Positions 9,741 through 20,466 of a DNA stretch of 64,000 nt are shown piece by piece. The first letter of the stretch is position 1, and each line of letters begins with the position of its first letter. A program made the translations under genes and the position numbers. The notes beneath the pieces are model-generated. The model had not been told where the DNA came from. It saw only the letters and a list, made by a program, of their open reading frames with translations, and searched no databases. The DNA comes from a virus. Taxonomy: Duplodnaviria; Caudoviricetes. The stretch is taken from the IMG/VR virus record IMGVR_UViG_3300033121_001676, positions 44,447 through 108,446 of that record; one strand, given 5' to 3'.

Positions 9741-10271
9741 ATGAAAATGCAGATACATAGAGAAGGTAAGTTATTGCTTCACTTTGAATTAAAAGATGGT
9801 GACACTATTGTTTGTGTTGATGGTAAGAACAAAGTTTCTAAGCTATGGCCTGATGATAATGTGAATTTTGTGAAAACAGAACTTACTGAAAACGAACAGA
9901 TTGAACGTATGCTTGAAAAGTTCTATGATTCAATACCAACATCATTGAGATTAATGTTGAACAATTTTGTTGAATCAATTTTAATCAAAAAACCAAGAGA
10001 CAAATACTATTACTTCGCAACCATTGACCCTGAGTTTTCTGTTTATTGCGTAAAGAATCATGAAACAATTGAAGAAGCTATTAGAAAAGTTTTGAATACA
10101 TCTGAATACAAAAATCTATTTAGTCCATTAGGTGTTGTGATTGATAAGAAGAATGCTTGTGAAGTATTGAAGAATAAGTTGGTGTTGTATATTAACAACG
10201 CTATAGGTGTTGCAAGATCAAAGGGTAACAAACCAATGCAACAACCAAAGACATATGATTATACAAGTTGA
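9741..10271 (+). CDS. Hypothetical protein (possible replication initiator)
   Basis: Position between the putative origin and the DnaC-like loader; function inferred from context only. Confidence 0.5.
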   Translation: MKMQIHREGKLLLHFELKDGDTIVCVDGKNKVSKLWPDDNVNFVKTELTENEQIERMLEKFYDSIPTSLRLMLNNFVESILIKKPRDKYYYFATIDPEFSVYCVKNHETIEEAIRKVLNTSEYKNLFSPLGVVIDKKNACEVLKNKLVLYINNAIGVARSKGNKPMQQPKTYDYTS

Positions 10272-11022
10272 CCAAAATCTAATCATTCACTTGCGAAAGC
10301 AACGTGAAAAAGATGTTTCATTGTATTGTTCTAAATGTGATCATACTGGCAAAATCTATTACATCAATACTGACAATGAAGCTGACTACAGTTATTGTGA
10401 ATGTTTTAAGAAAAGAACAAATGAGAATAATTACCCAAAACTTTTGAAAGATAGTCGATTACCAACAATGTCAAATGGTTTTGAACTGAAGGACTATAAG
10501 AATACAGGAGTTACAAAAGAAGATATTGATCTTGATAACAAAAGCATTCAAAGAATGATTGAAATATCAAATGATTCACAAAGTTTTGTTGATCAAGGTA
10601 GAAACATATACATTCAAGGACAAAGAGGTACTGGTAAGACAATCATTGCATGTGCTCTTGCTAAACAATTGATGAAAAATGGTAACCATTGTGCATATGT
10701 TGAGTTTCCTATTATCTGTGATCAACTATTGAAGTCTGATATAACTGAAGAAGATAGGGATTGGTTTGATTATGTCAGATGGTGTAGGTTGTTGATACTT
10801 GATAATATTGATTCATTTCAAGTTAAGAGCCATTTCCATGCAACTCTATTTGAAAGAATTGTTAGGCCAAGAGTTCAAAACAATCAATCATGTTGTTACA
10901 TTGCAGTCAAACCTTTTAAGACAATAAATGAAGACCTAAGTTATGGTTGCCAGAGTTTGATATCTGAAAGATTAGAAGCTTTGACTTTTGTTGGTCAAGA
11001 TTTTAGGTCTAGAAAACAATGA
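10255..11022 (+). CDS. DnaC/IstB-like helicase loader ATPase
   Basis: CSKC...CEC Zn site; Walker A GQRGTGKT; Walker B LLILDN; C-terminal GQDFR. Confidence 0.85.
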   Translation: MIIQVDQNLIIHLRKQREKDVSLYCSKCDHTGKIYYINTDNEADYSYCECFKKRTNENNYPKLLKDSRLPTMSNGFELKDYKNTGVTKEDIDLDNKSIQRMIEISNDSQSFVDQGRNIYIQGQRGTGKTIIACALAKQLMKNGNHCAYVEFPIICDQLLKSDITEEDRDWFDYVRWCRLLILDNIDSFQVKSHFHATLFERIVRPRVQNNQSCCYIAVKPFKTINEDLSYGCQSLISERLEALTFVGQDFRSRKQ

Positions 11023-12395
11023 GTGATGTTTTAGAAAACTTTCCTGTTGACATTCACAATGAACAGGTCATATTAGGTCAAGCACTTAAGTTCCCTGAAA
11101 TGTGTGATATGTTTCTTTCACATGTCACTTGGGAAAATTTTCTAGAGAAGAAGCATAGAGCTATGGCATGGTGCATCATTACGATGGTGCAACGTCAAAT
11201 GGCTCTTGATAATGATAGTTTCATACTTGTAATCAATGAATTTCCAATTTCAGAATACAAGAGTTATGGTGGCAATACGTATCTTGAAAAAGTAAAATCA
11301 CTCTGTTTAACGCCGAATCAAAACTATGTTGCTCATTTGACAAAACTGAAAAATGATTATATCAAATCAACAATTGCAAGAGATGCAACTATACGATTGA
11401 TGCAAAAGATTAATGATCCACACGCAAGTATTTCTGAAATTGTTGCAAGTGTTGATATAATCAAATCATCAGTTGAAGAAAATAGACCAGTTGAAATTGA
11501 TTTTTACTATGGAGAAAGACTTCATACACATTACATGAATGTGTTGAGAGAAAGGGTTACGAAATCAAAGTTTGTGACTACTGGTTTTGATGATTTAGAT
11601 GAAGACTTGAGTGAGGCTTTCGCGCCATGTAATGTCAGTGTCATTGCTGGTTATACAGGAATGTCAAAGAGTGCATTTGTTCAAAATGCAATGATTAGAC
11701 AAGCTGGTGCAGGATTTCGTACAGGTATTGCTTCTCTTGAGATGGTTTTATCTTCTGTGCTTGATAGACAAGTTTCTATCATGACACAAATACCTTCAAA
11801 TAGCATTATCAAGAGAACTGCTGATCTTACGCATGAAGAGAAGTTACTTATTGCTCAAGTTATGAACGGAATTAAAGAATCTGAAATGATTTTTATCAAT
11901 GATAAAGCAACATTGAATCTTGAACAAATTGATACACAGCTTACATTATTGAATAGAATCGGGAAGCCATTAAACATCTTGTATATTGATCTATTTGGAA
12001 AACTTGATGATGTTAGTGTTGAATCAAATCTTGCATCTAATATTGAACACAAGTTACGTTTGACGAGAGCGATGGCAAGAAAACATAACATTCACATCTG
12101 TTGTGTTGTTCAGATTAGAAGGTACTTTGATTTGAACACAATTCGTCCAAATAAACCGATTCCAAAACCGAAACTTGATAAGATCAAGAATAGCAATGCT
12201 TTTGCAGAAGAAGCTGATCTTGTTTTATTGCTTCACCGTGATAAATACTACAAGCCTGAATTGACAAATGATATAATTGAGATTGAAATCGCAAAACAAC
12301 GTCAAGGATCGATGGGAATAGTTAAGTATTTTGAATTTGAAAGTGAATGCACAAGGATTAAGCCAACTTCATTGAGACCTGTAATTTTTGCGTAG
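11019..12395 (+). CDS. dnaB: Replicative DNA helicase
   Basis: EQVILG; TGFDDLD; AGYTGMSKS; SLEM; EEADLVLLLHR; IAKQRQG. Confidence 0.92.
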   Translation: MSDVLENFPVDIHNEQVILGQALKFPEMCDMFLSHVTWENFLEKKHRAMAWCIITMVQRQMALDNDSFILVINEFPISEYKSYGGNTYLEKVKSLCLTPNQNYVAHLTKLKNDYIKSTIARDATIRLMQKINDPHASISEIVASVDIIKSSVEENRPVEIDFYYGERLHTHYMNVLRERVTKSKFVTTGFDDLDEDLSEAFAPCNVSVIAGYTGMSKSAFVQNAMIRQAGAGFRTGIASLEMVLSSVLDRQVSIMTQIPSNSIIKRTADLTHEEKLLIAQVMNGIKESEMIFINDKATLNLEQIDTQLTLLNRIGKPLNILYIDLFGKLDDVSVESNLASNIEHKLRLTRAMARKHNIHICCVVQIRRYFDLNTIRPNKPIPKPKLDKIKNSNAFAEEADLVLLLHRDKYYKPELTNDIIEIEIAKQRQGSMGIVKYFEFESECTRIKPTSLRPVIFA

Positions 12396-12471
12396 AAACA
12401 CCCGGTTTATTAGTTGTTGAAGTTTATCCGAAACTGTTACTTGTGTATAATGGTTTTGTGCAACGCAAGTA

Positions 12472-12822
12472 ATGGGGGGTGCCTTGGAAAAAACTAAAAC
12501 GCCAAACACTTGGGAAGAACTCGCAGTAATTTTCAAAAGGAGCCCGGTAATTTCTGAATCAGAAATTTACCATTGCAACTATTGCAATAAGAGGCTTTAT
12601 TGCAGCGATCTGTTTGGAATAAAAATCAATGAACCGTCAACTGGTAATTTGATTCAGAGACTCAACTATTGCAAATGTTGTGTAACACAAGAAGCGTACA
12701 ACTTTGTCATTGAAAAAGGGATTGATACAAGGTCATTCACAAGGTTGCAATTCAACTCCATTCAAAAGTCTTATTTCGATGGAACTTATGAACAGTGGAA
12801 GAAGAGAAACGCAAAAGGTTGA
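12472..12822 (+). CDS. Zn-finger hypothetical protein
   Basis: CNYC and CKCC motifs; TATAAT at 12446. Confidence 0.55.
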   Translation: MGGALEKTKTPNTWEELAVIFKRSPVISESEIYHCNYCNKRLYCSDLFGIKINEPSTGNLIQRLNYCKCCVTQEAYNFVIEKGIDTRSFTRLQFNSIQKSYFDGTYEQWKKRNAKG

Positions 12823-13900
12823 TATTGAACTTCTTCTTAAAACAGTTGATGTAAAAAAGGTTCTTGATAATTTAGGTGTCAAATACAAGGCGCGTCGCAA
12901 TGATACTGAATTGATGATTAAGTGTGTTAATCCAAATCACCAAGACAAGAGTGGTGATTCATTGCAGATGAATGCGCGTAATGATGATTATAATGGTGTC
13001 TATAAATGCAACCCTTGTGGAATAAAGGGTAACTTCATCAAGTTTTTACTTCTTGCAACAAAGAATAGTTTCAAAGAAATTGTTGAATATCTTGGTAACT
13101 TTGGAACATTGAATTATAGGTTGCAAATTGATGATGTTACAAGAGATCGTGAATCAGCAATCGCTATTTCTGAAGAAAAGACTAATGAAGAATTGCCAGA
13201 AATCAAGATACAATATACGAGATGTAAATTGCAAGATAGTTGGGATGAATCAAATCCAGCTCAGTGTTATTTGAAGAAAAGAAATATTGATCCATATGTT
13301 GCATTTTCACATGAGATTGGTTGGGCTGACTTTTTTGAATTCATGCCAGGAAGGCATGTTAAAGATTGCATTGTTTTTCCTATCAGGTATAAGGGTAGGC
13401 TTGTATCATATTTCCTGAGATCTTATTCAGGCCCATTCTATCACAAGGTTCATAAGTTATTCCCACCAAAGTCACCAGTATGGAAGTTCCCATACAATAT
13501 TGATCAATGTAAGGATGAAAAGCCAATCATTGTTGTTGAAGGAATAATTGATTGTCTTGTTGTTAAATCCGCATTGTTGAAATCTGGTTTGGATTTTAAT
13601 GTCATCGCTGCATACAGCAATAATCCAACCAAATCCCATATTCAAATTCTTCGCGAATCAGGTAAACAAATCATCTGCTTGCCTGATAGAGACAGTAGTG
13701 CAGGTGTTGTTCTTTGTGATACTATTCTTGAAGGTCTTATTCATACGAATCAAATTGAAATAGCCTTGCTGCCTTGGGGATATGACCCTGGTGATTGTTC
13801 TTATGATACTATAAGACAGTCACTTATTTCGAGAACAAAATTGATTGATTACATTACTTTGAATAGAATCAATTACGGATCAAATTACTTGTTTGGCTAA
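12788..13900 (+). CDS. dnaG: DNA primase (CHC2 Zn finger + TOPRIM)
   Basis: CVNPNH..CNPC; YLKKRNI; IVFPI; VVEGIIDC; PDRD; DPGD. Start codon uncertain. Confidence 0.88.
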   Translation: MNSGRRETQKVDIELLLKTVDVKKVLDNLGVKYKARRNDTELMIKCVNPNHQDKSGDSLQMNARNDDYNGVYKCNPCGIKGNFIKFLLLATKNSFKEIVEYLGNFGTLNYRLQIDDVTRDRESAIAISEEKTNEELPEIKIQYTRCKLQDSWDESNPAQCYLKKRNIDPYVAFSHEIGWADFFEFMPGRHVKDCIVFPIRYKGRLVSYFLRSYSGPFYHKVHKLFPPKSPVWKFPYNIDQCKDEKPIIVVEGIIDCLVVKSALLKSGLDFNVIAAYSNNPTKSHIQILRESGKQIICLPDRDSSAGVVLCDTILEGLIHTNQIEIALLPWGYDPGDCSYDTIRQSLISRTKLIDYITLNRINYGSNYLFG

Positions 13901-13929
13901 TTTTTTTTTGCAAGAAAAGCGTGTCATAC

Positions 13930-13956
13930 TTGTTTAGAGCAATTTTTTGCTAACAT
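13930..13956 (+). promoter_or_regulatory. Promoter TTGTTT-N15-TAACAT (TGn extended)
   Basis: Member of a recurrent motif; lies upstream of the sigma-like gene. Confidence 0.5.
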
Positions 13957-13980
13957 ATTGCACAACGCACAGGGGGTATT

Positions 13981-14604
13981 GTGGGAAGATTTAATGAATT
14001 GATCACTTGCATAAAAAGGAAGGTGAATGTTGATGAATCATTTGAAAAGATATTGCCTTATTTTGATAGCTATATCAATTTGAAATCTTATCAATGGTCA
14101 AAAAATCCAGAATTTACGAGAATGTTTTCAATTGATGATCTTAGAAACATATTTCTATACAAGACATTCAAATTAGCTGAGAGTTTCAATTACGATGATT
14201 CAAAAGATGAAAAAGAGAACTTGAGAATATTTGGTGGTTTATTGAAGAAATCAATTACGAATGCTTCAATTGATTTGAACTATAGGGAAACAAGACCGAA
14301 GAGATTTGCATCAAACAATATTCAGCCATTGAAAAATGAAGTTGTTGTGAATGATGAAGAAGAATTTGTTTTTATTGTCAATGATGGGGATGATTTACAA
14401 TACAAATTCCTTATTGAAGCAATAATGAGAAAGTTGAGTCCGAATGCTCAAAAGTGTTTCGAGTTGAAAATCAAAGGTCATAAAAATCGACCAATATCAC
14501 TTTTAACTGGTCTTAAAGAATCTACTATCGCGTCGATAATGACAAAGGAAATCTTTCCGGCTGTTGAAGATGAACTTGGAAAAAACATACCCAGAAATTG
14601 TTGA
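13981..14604 (+). CDS. RNA polymerase sigma-70/ECF-like factor
   Basis: Region-2-like DDLRNI..F..LLKKSITNASIDL and region-4-like LSPNAQKCFELKIKGHKNRPISLLTGLKESTI. Confidence 0.7.
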   Translation: MGRFNELITCIKRKVNVDESFEKILPYFDSYINLKSYQWSKNPEFTRMFSIDDLRNIFLYKTFKLAESFNYDDSKDEKENLRIFGGLLKKSITNASIDLNYRETRPKRFASNNIQPLKNEVVVNDEEEFVFIVNDGDDLQYKFLIEAIMRKLSPNAQKCFELKIKGHKNRPISLLTGLKESTIASIMTKEIFPAVEDELGKNIPRNC

Positions 14605-14830
14605 TAGTTTTGGTGGTAGGATTAGCATCCAACTATATGATGCTGATCTTGCAATACTTGATGTTGTAAATGATTTATCATTCAGAACAAGGGATGCTGA
14701 TTATTTTTGTCTTGCTGTTGATATGCCGAGATTGATTAGCGGTGTCGGTGTTCTGAAAAAGAAATCTTTTGACAATGATGTTCTGCAGCTTGCTTTGAGG
14801 TATGGGTTAATTCATGCCAACAATAAATAG
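14564..14830 (+). CDS. Hypothetical protein
   Basis: ORF in operon context. Confidence 0.5.
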   Translation: MKMNLEKTYPEIVDSFGGRISIQLYDADLAILDVVNDLSFRTRDADYFCLAVDMPRLISGVGVLKKKSFDNDVLQLALRYGLIHANNK

Positions 14831-15428
14831 AGAATCATTTTCTAGAACAATTGTTCAATCTGTAAAAGATTTCAAGAACAACGCTTTCAACGGTGATGTT
14901 CCTGAAAACTTAATGCTTGAAGCGATTGAAAATATTGTATCAGGATTTTGTAAATCGCTTGAAATTGCAAATGGAAAGAAACCTGCTGGTGAAATTAGAA
15001 CTTATGTATTGAATCAAATTAGGAATGAGTTGAATATTAATTTGATTCAAAATCAAATTGACCAAACAAATGAATGGGATGTCGCTGCTTATGATACCTA
15101 TATGAATTATTATGATGCGAGATTGTTGAGACAAAATCTTTTTATTGGCGCTTCAAAGTTGATGAGAAAATTGCCATACACAAAGTTGATTCCAGAAGGG
15201 ATGCCAATCATCCACTACAAACCTGAAAAAGAGTTAGTAGAAAGATTTTATTCAAAGATAAATGCTATTGATGAAAATCTTATTCTTGAACCTACTTATG
15301 ATGAAAAGACTCGTTTTTTGATTGGAATTAATGGAGACAGTATTTGGTGTGAAGGAATTTTTGATTATGCTTCAATTGAACATTATAGATCTGGACAAAT
15401 TGAAAAGATACCAAAGATTACATCATGA
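14814..15428 (+). CDS. Hypothetical protein
   Basis: ORF with overlapping start/stop. Confidence 0.55.
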   Translation: MPTINRESFSRTIVQSVKDFKNNAFNGDVPENLMLEAIENIVSGFCKSLEIANGKKPAGEIRTYVLNQIRNELNINLIQNQIDQTNEWDVAAYDTYMNYYDARLLRQNLFIGASKLMRKLPYTKLIPEGMPIIHYKPEKELVERFYSKINAIDENLILEPTYDEKTRFLIGINGDSIWCEGIFDYASIEHYRSGQIEKIPKITS

Positions 15429-16339
15429 TTGAAAACGCATTTCAGCATTGGCACATTCATTATGATGGCTCAAAGTTTGACGGAATGTGTACGATAAGTG
15501 AAGTTGCTGAGGATATTAAACAATATGAAAAACCAGCATATGCAGTCACTGATCACGGGACGATGATATCGTGTTTATCACTTCATAGTTTGTGCAAGAA
15601 GATTGGTATCAAGTTTGTTCCTGGTTCAGAAATGTATGTTGTTAACAAGAAAGATGAAAAGCTTGATGGACCAAAGAAAAGAAAATATGATAAGAAGAGG
15701 CATATTGTTCTACTTGCGATGAACCAAAAAGGTTTTGAAAATCTCATCTATTTGAGTTCACTTGCATCAATGTATTTCTTTAACAAGCCAAGAATTGAAC
15801 ATAAGGACATTTGGGACCATAGTGAAGGAATTATTGTATTGACTGCATGTCTTGGTGGTCTTGTTTGCTCACCATTGCTTTGGGATGATGCTTCAAGCCA
15901 ACAAGAAAGATCAGATAATGCTTATAAGATCTCTTGTCAATATAGAGAAGTTTTTGGTGATAGATTTTATCTTGAAATTCAGCCAGTTGAAAAAGAAGAA
16001 CAATTGATTGCAAATAATTTCATGTGTGAGTTGCATGAAAAATTTGGATTCAACATCATTGCTACAAATGATGTTCACTACGCAAAGCCTGAACAATTTG
16101 AGATGCACGCACGTTTAATAGCCGTCCAAAATAGGTCAAATGAAACTGAACTTGTATACAAACCAGGGCATCATTTGAGAAATTTAGAAGAAATGAGGAG
16201 TGCATTCATTGCAAACGGAATTGCAAAAAGCCATCCCTTTCATGTTGAACATGCTTTAATGACAGCAAACACACTTGACCAAAGAATGAGCGGTGTTTTG
16301 ATTGATCGAAAAACAAAAGTTCCGGAGTACAAAGAGTAA
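15425..16339 (+). CDS. dnaE: DNA polymerase III alpha, N-terminal PHP domain as a separate gene
   Basis: HWHIH..GS.FDG; VTDHG; GSEMY; HIVLLAMN; LTACLGG; FYLEIQ; ATNDVHY. Confidence 0.9.
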   Translation: MIENAFQHWHIHYDGSKFDGMCTISEVAEDIKQYEKPAYAVTDHGTMISCLSLHSLCKKIGIKFVPGSEMYVVNKKDEKLDGPKKRKYDKKRHIVLLAMNQKGFENLIYLSSLASMYFFNKPRIEHKDIWDHSEGIIVLTACLGGLVCSPLLWDDASSQQERSDNAYKISCQYREVFGDRFYLEIQPVEKEEQLIANNFMCELHEKFGFNIIATNDVHYAKPEQFEMHARLIAVQNRSNETELVYKPGHHLRNLEEMRSAFIANGIAKSHPFHVEHALMTANTLDQRMSGVLIDRKTKVPEYKE

Positions 16340-17562
16340 TGAGCGAACAGATGCGTTGGGCATTCAATAGATCTGATCTTCTCCGTTGTCTCGATAATTT
16401 GAAATCAACTGTTGGATCAAAAATTAACAACATCTGTGATTGTGTCAGGATCAGTATCATACCAAAGAGCACAACTGAAGCTCTTGTCTATATTTATGGA
16501 ACAAATCTCTCTAATTTCGTATGCGTGAGATATGGTGAGATACTTGCTGATGGAATTGAATTTGAACTTGAAAAAGAAAGTCATTTGTTAGTTGATCATG
16601 AAAAGCTTTTCAAAATCTGTAGGGCAAGTAATCTTGAAAAGGTTGTGATTATTGAAATTGAACAAGCGAGATATGTAAATGAAGGAGGTGTTGACAAACT
16701 TGCGAACGGTGCGAAGTATTGCATTAAGACTGAAGCGAAGAATACAATTATTTCTAGAGATGTCTTTGAATTTCCACAGGAAGAATTTGAAGGCGATGTA
16801 ATTGCAGAATACACTTCCGGCCTTTTTCCTGAAATGTGGAGGAAGGCAAGTATTGCAAAGGGAGAGCTTGATATCAAGAGAACGTGTTTACACTACAATG
16901 GTGACATGTTTACTGTCGATTCAACTTTCGCATGTATTGTTGAATCTTTATCAAAGCTTCGTTTTCCAAAGACGTACAGCATCAATCTAGAAAGCGGGAT
17001 TGGTGAAATTATTGAAAGAATGTCTGGCAATGTTGTTGTCAAAAAGAATCCAGCAAACAATAAGATTTGCTTCCTTGATGAATCTAACGGGATCTATATT
17101 GCTTGCGGCCTTGCTGTTGAACAGAAGATACCTTATGAAAATGCTTTGAATAAACCATACGATTCAAATTTTAGGGTTAGTAAGCAATTGTTTGAATCTG
17201 CTCTTAAGCGTGCTGCAATTTTCATTAATGAGAAAGATATAAGTTCAGTTAGATTGAATGTTATTAAAGGTGTTGATAGATACATCTTGCTCGTCATTGT
17301 TAAGCCACAAGATAACATCAATTCATTTGAAGAAGAAGTTGAACTTGAAAGTGCAACTGGTGAATTGAATGCAATGTATAAACTCAAAAATCTTATCAAA
17401 GCAATCACAAATAATGCAGAGACACATATTGATTTTTGTTGGAGAACAATTGATACTGGCAGGATGATTGATAACACTGCAAGGATTATTGATCAAAAGA
17501 CAGAGTATCGTTGTAATGCAATTGTCCCTTCAGTTGTGATGGTCACTCAACAAAATGGATAA
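16339..17562 (+). CDS. dnaN: DNA polymerase III beta sliding clamp
   Basis: ~400 aa; RSDLLRCL...GTNL, FEFP, LFESALKRAAIF pattern; lies between the dnaE halves. Confidence 0.75.
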   Translation: MSEQMRWAFNRSDLLRCLDNLKSTVGSKINNICDCVRISIIPKSTTEALVYIYGTNLSNFVCVRYGEILADGIEFELEKESHLLVDHEKLFKICRASNLEKVVIIEIEQARYVNEGGVDKLANGAKYCIKTEAKNTIISRDVFEFPQEEFEGDVIAEYTSGLFPEMWRKASIAKGELDIKRTCLHYNGDMFTVDSTFACIVESLSKLRFPKTYSINLESGIGEIIERMSGNVVVKKNPANNKICFLDESNGIYIACGLAVEQKIPYENALNKPYDSNFRVSKQLFESALKRAAIFINEKDISSVRLNVIKGVDRYILLVIVKPQDNINSFEEEVELESATGELNAMYKLKNLIKAITNNAETHIDFCWRTIDTGRMIDNTARIIDQKTEYRCNAIVPSVVMVTQQNG

Positions 17563-17704
17563 TTTGATCTTTGATCCAATTCCACAGGGTCCGCCTCGAT
17601 TAAAGATCAAGGTAAAGGAATTTGTGGCTGTTGAGATCTTAGAACCAAAAGAAAAAGTTGATAATGGCAAGATCGAGCCAGAAATTAACTACGTTTCAGA
17701 TTGA
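17555..17704 (+). CDS. Small 49-aa ORF (not in track)
   Basis: MDNLIFDPIPQGPPRLK...; overlaps the dnaN stop and fills the gap. Confidence 0.4.
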   Translation: MDNLIFDPIPQGPPRLKIKVKEFVAVEILEPKEKVDNGKIEPEINYVSD

Positions 17705-18311
17705 AGAAGCTGAAAAAAAGCGTGACGAAAGGATGGTAGAGTTAAGGAACATGGCAAAAGAAGTTGTAAACCCAACACCGTCACCTGCTCCTCCACCTCA
17801 AAGAATCAATGTCCAAAAGGTATTTGTTGCACCGACTATCCCTAACCAGGATGAAGTTGATAGAATTCTTTCACAATCTATTGTTGTTGAAGACAAACTT
17901 CGTGATGTAGCAAGACATGATATTAATCCTCAAAAATCATCAAATCATGTTTCAAGAAATTCAAGATTCAAATCACTAAGTTTGCAACTTCCTCAAAGAA
18001 TCCTTTCTTCAAATGAATATGATTTTTTCATTGTCAGAGGGTGTGTCGGGAACCCATACACAGATGGCAATGTTGCGTTCTATATTTGGAACCATATTCT
18101 CAGAGTTCAAAAGAAGAATGGCTCCGCGTACTTTCCTGAATTATTTGATTCGATGATGAAATCAGGAGTCCATAGATTATCAAAAGGTATCTATAATTTC
18201 ATAACAAGGTTTAGAGATGTTGTTGAAATACTTTGTCATGAAAGCATTGCAGTTCTTATTTATGATGATCAACTTGGAACTTTGAAAATCGTTGATAAAC
18301 ATGCAATCTAA
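17664..18311 (+). CDS. Hypothetical protein
   Basis: ORF in the replication operon. Confidence 0.55.
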   Translation: MARSSQKLTTFQIEEAEKKRDERMVELRNMAKEVVNPTPSPAPPPQRINVQKVFVAPTIPNQDEVDRILSQSIVVEDKLRDVARHDINPQKSSNHVSRNSRFKSLSLQLPQRILSSNEYDFFIVRGCVGNPYTDGNVAFYIWNHILRVQKKNGSAYFPELFDSMMKSGVHRLSKGIYNFITRFRDVVEILCHESIAVLIYDDQLGTLKIVDKHAI

Positions 18312-20439
18312 CATTGCAAAGCTTGGTTCAATCTGTATTGAAAAACTCAAAGATCTCAGTGAAAAGAATAAGCTTTTCGCTCCTTATATTGATTATCAGA
18401 ATAGGCTATATTATGAATTGAAAATCATTAAAGATCTTGGTTATGAAAACATATTTTTGATTACGAGACAATTTATCAACTACGCTATTGAAAAAGGTGT
18501 TGTTGTTGGACCAGGACGTGGTTCAGCAGCAGGATCGCTTGTTTGCTATACTTGCGGAATTACAAGAGGTGTTGATCCAATTCGTTTCAAACTTAGATTT
18601 GAAAGATTCCTCAATCCTGCAAGAGTAACAAGCGCTGATATTGATGTTGATTTTTCAGATCGTGAAATACCAATCGAATTTCTTAGAAACAAATATGGAA
18701 AGAATAGAGTTATTCAGGTTGGGACGAGAGGACTTTTCAAAATTAAGTCTGCACTTGATGAATTTGCGAGAGTTTTTGATGTAAGCTTTGATGATGCAAA
18801 AAGAATAACTTCATGTTTTGATGCTGATGGTGAAATTTGTAAAGAAAAAGATCTTGCTGAATGGGAACTTAAGTTCCCTGAATTATTCAAGACAGCAAGA
18901 TTTTTTGCAAACAGTAGAAGATTTAGAAATCCAAGTAAGCACCCTTCTGCTGTCATTGTTACGAATGAACCTATTGGAAAATTAATACCGCTCCAGAGTG
19001 TTGTGGATAGCAAAACACATGATAGGGTATTGACAACTGAATGGGATGGAGATGAACTTGATTCAATCGGTTATACAAAGTTTGACATTCTTAGGGTTAG
19101 TGTTCTAAGATTGATCAGTGATGCCATCAATCTCATCAATAAAGAAAAACCTGGTTCACTTCCGCGACCACAGGATATATTTGATTGGATTGATTTGAAT
19201 GATAAGAAAACACTTGAACTTGCTGGTAGAGCTGAGTTGATTGGTATTTTCCAACTTTGGAAGCCTGAATGCTTAAGGCTCTTCGAAAGCATAACTGTTA
19301 GGGGATTTGAAGATTTTTACCATGCGACAACAGTTATTAGACCAGGTATTGATCGTGATGAATATATCAAATGCCATGAAGATCCAAAAGAGATCAAATA
19401 TCTTACACCTAAATTAGAGCCAATATTGAAAGATTCGTATGGAATAATTTTGTATCAAGAACAAATGATGGATATTTGCCATTACATCGCAGGTTTCACA
19501 CTTGCAGAAGCAGATACAATTAGGAAGGTTATTGCAAAGACTTCAAATATTGGTGACACACTTTCATTGAAACCTTATGAGGAAAAGTTTCTTTTAGGTT
19601 GTGAAAAGAATGGTGTTACGAGAGAAAAGGCAAAATTGATTTGGGAAGAAATACTTAAAAGACAAACTTACGCGTTCAATCTCTCACACGCTGTTGCATA
19701 TTCTTTGATTAGTTTTGTTTCAGCATATCTTAAAGCACATTATCCCATTCAATTTCTCTGTGCCTGTATGAATGATAAGAATGAATCAAGATTTATTGAT
19801 GAACTCCACAGACTTAAAATTCCAATACTGCCACCTGATATCAATAGTAGTGGAGTTGAACATACTGTTGAAAATGGTTCAATAAGAATTGGTCTTACTC
19901 ATGTCAAAAATGTTGGAAAGTCTTCAGAAAACATAGTCAAATTCCAGCCATACCAAAATAGAGGTGATTTTGAATCGAGATGTAGAGGAATAAATAGTGA
20001 AGCGATCAAATCACTTGAAAGTGTAGGTGCTTTTGATCAATTACTTGAATTTGATTTTGTGCAAAAGAATGGCACTATTGATAAAAAGAAGAGACTTGCT
20101 TTTGAAAAGGAACTGCTTGGTTACTATGTGAGTGGCAATCCTCTTGATGAATATAAGAACAATTTGAAAGATTGTATTCGAAATGTGAATGAAGAAAAGA
20201 GATATGCTGGTGGCATACTTACTAAAGTCAAACTTCATGAAGCATCATCTGGTATGATGGCATTTATTGCCATACAGACATATGAAGATGAGATTGAATT
20301 TCTTGTTTGGCCGAGTGATTTCAAGAACTATGAAATGTATTTGAAGGTTGGAAATTTGGTTAGAGGATTGATTAAGAAAACAAGTCGTGGTGGTTATTCA
20401 ATTACAGACTTGGCGCTCTTGCAAAAGGATGTGGTATGA
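18301..20439 (+). CDS. dnaE: DNA polymerase III alpha catalytic part (no PHP)
   Basis: GPGRGSAAGSLV; FERFLNP; DIDVDF; KFDIL; GIFQL; YQEQMM; YAFNLSHA; OB fold. Confidence 0.95.
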   Translation: MQSNIAKLGSICIEKLKDLSEKNKLFAPYIDYQNRLYYELKIIKDLGYENIFLITRQFINYAIEKGVVVGPGRGSAAGSLVCYTCGITRGVDPIRFKLRFERFLNPARVTSADIDVDFSDREIPIEFLRNKYGKNRVIQVGTRGLFKIKSALDEFARVFDVSFDDAKRITSCFDADGEICKEKDLAEWELKFPELFKTARFFANSRRFRNPSKHPSAVIVTNEPIGKLIPLQSVVDSKTHDRVLTTEWDGDELDSIGYTKFDILRVSVLRLISDAINLINKEKPGSLPRPQDIFDWIDLNDKKTLELAGRAELIGIFQLWKPECLRLFESITVRGFEDFYHATTVIRPGIDRDEYIKCHEDPKEIKYLTPKLEPILKDSYGIILYQEQMMDICHYIAGFTLAEADTIRKVIAKTSNIGDTLSLKPYEEKFLLGCEKNGVTREKAKLIWEEILKRQTYAFNLSHAVAYSLISFVSAYLKAHYPIQFLCACMNDKNESRFIDELHRLKIPILPPDINSSGVEHTVENGSIRIGLTHVKNVGKSSENIVKFQPYQNRGDFESRCRGINSEAIKSLESVGAFDQLLEFDFVQKNGTIDKKKRLAFEKELLGYYVSGNPLDEYKNNLKDCIRNVNEEKRYAGGILTKVKLHEASSGMMAFIAIQTYEDEIEFLVWPSDFKNYEMYLKVGNLVRGLIKKTSRGGYSITDLALLQKDVV

Positions 20440-20466
20440 TTGCCATTTCAATAAGTATAATTGCAT

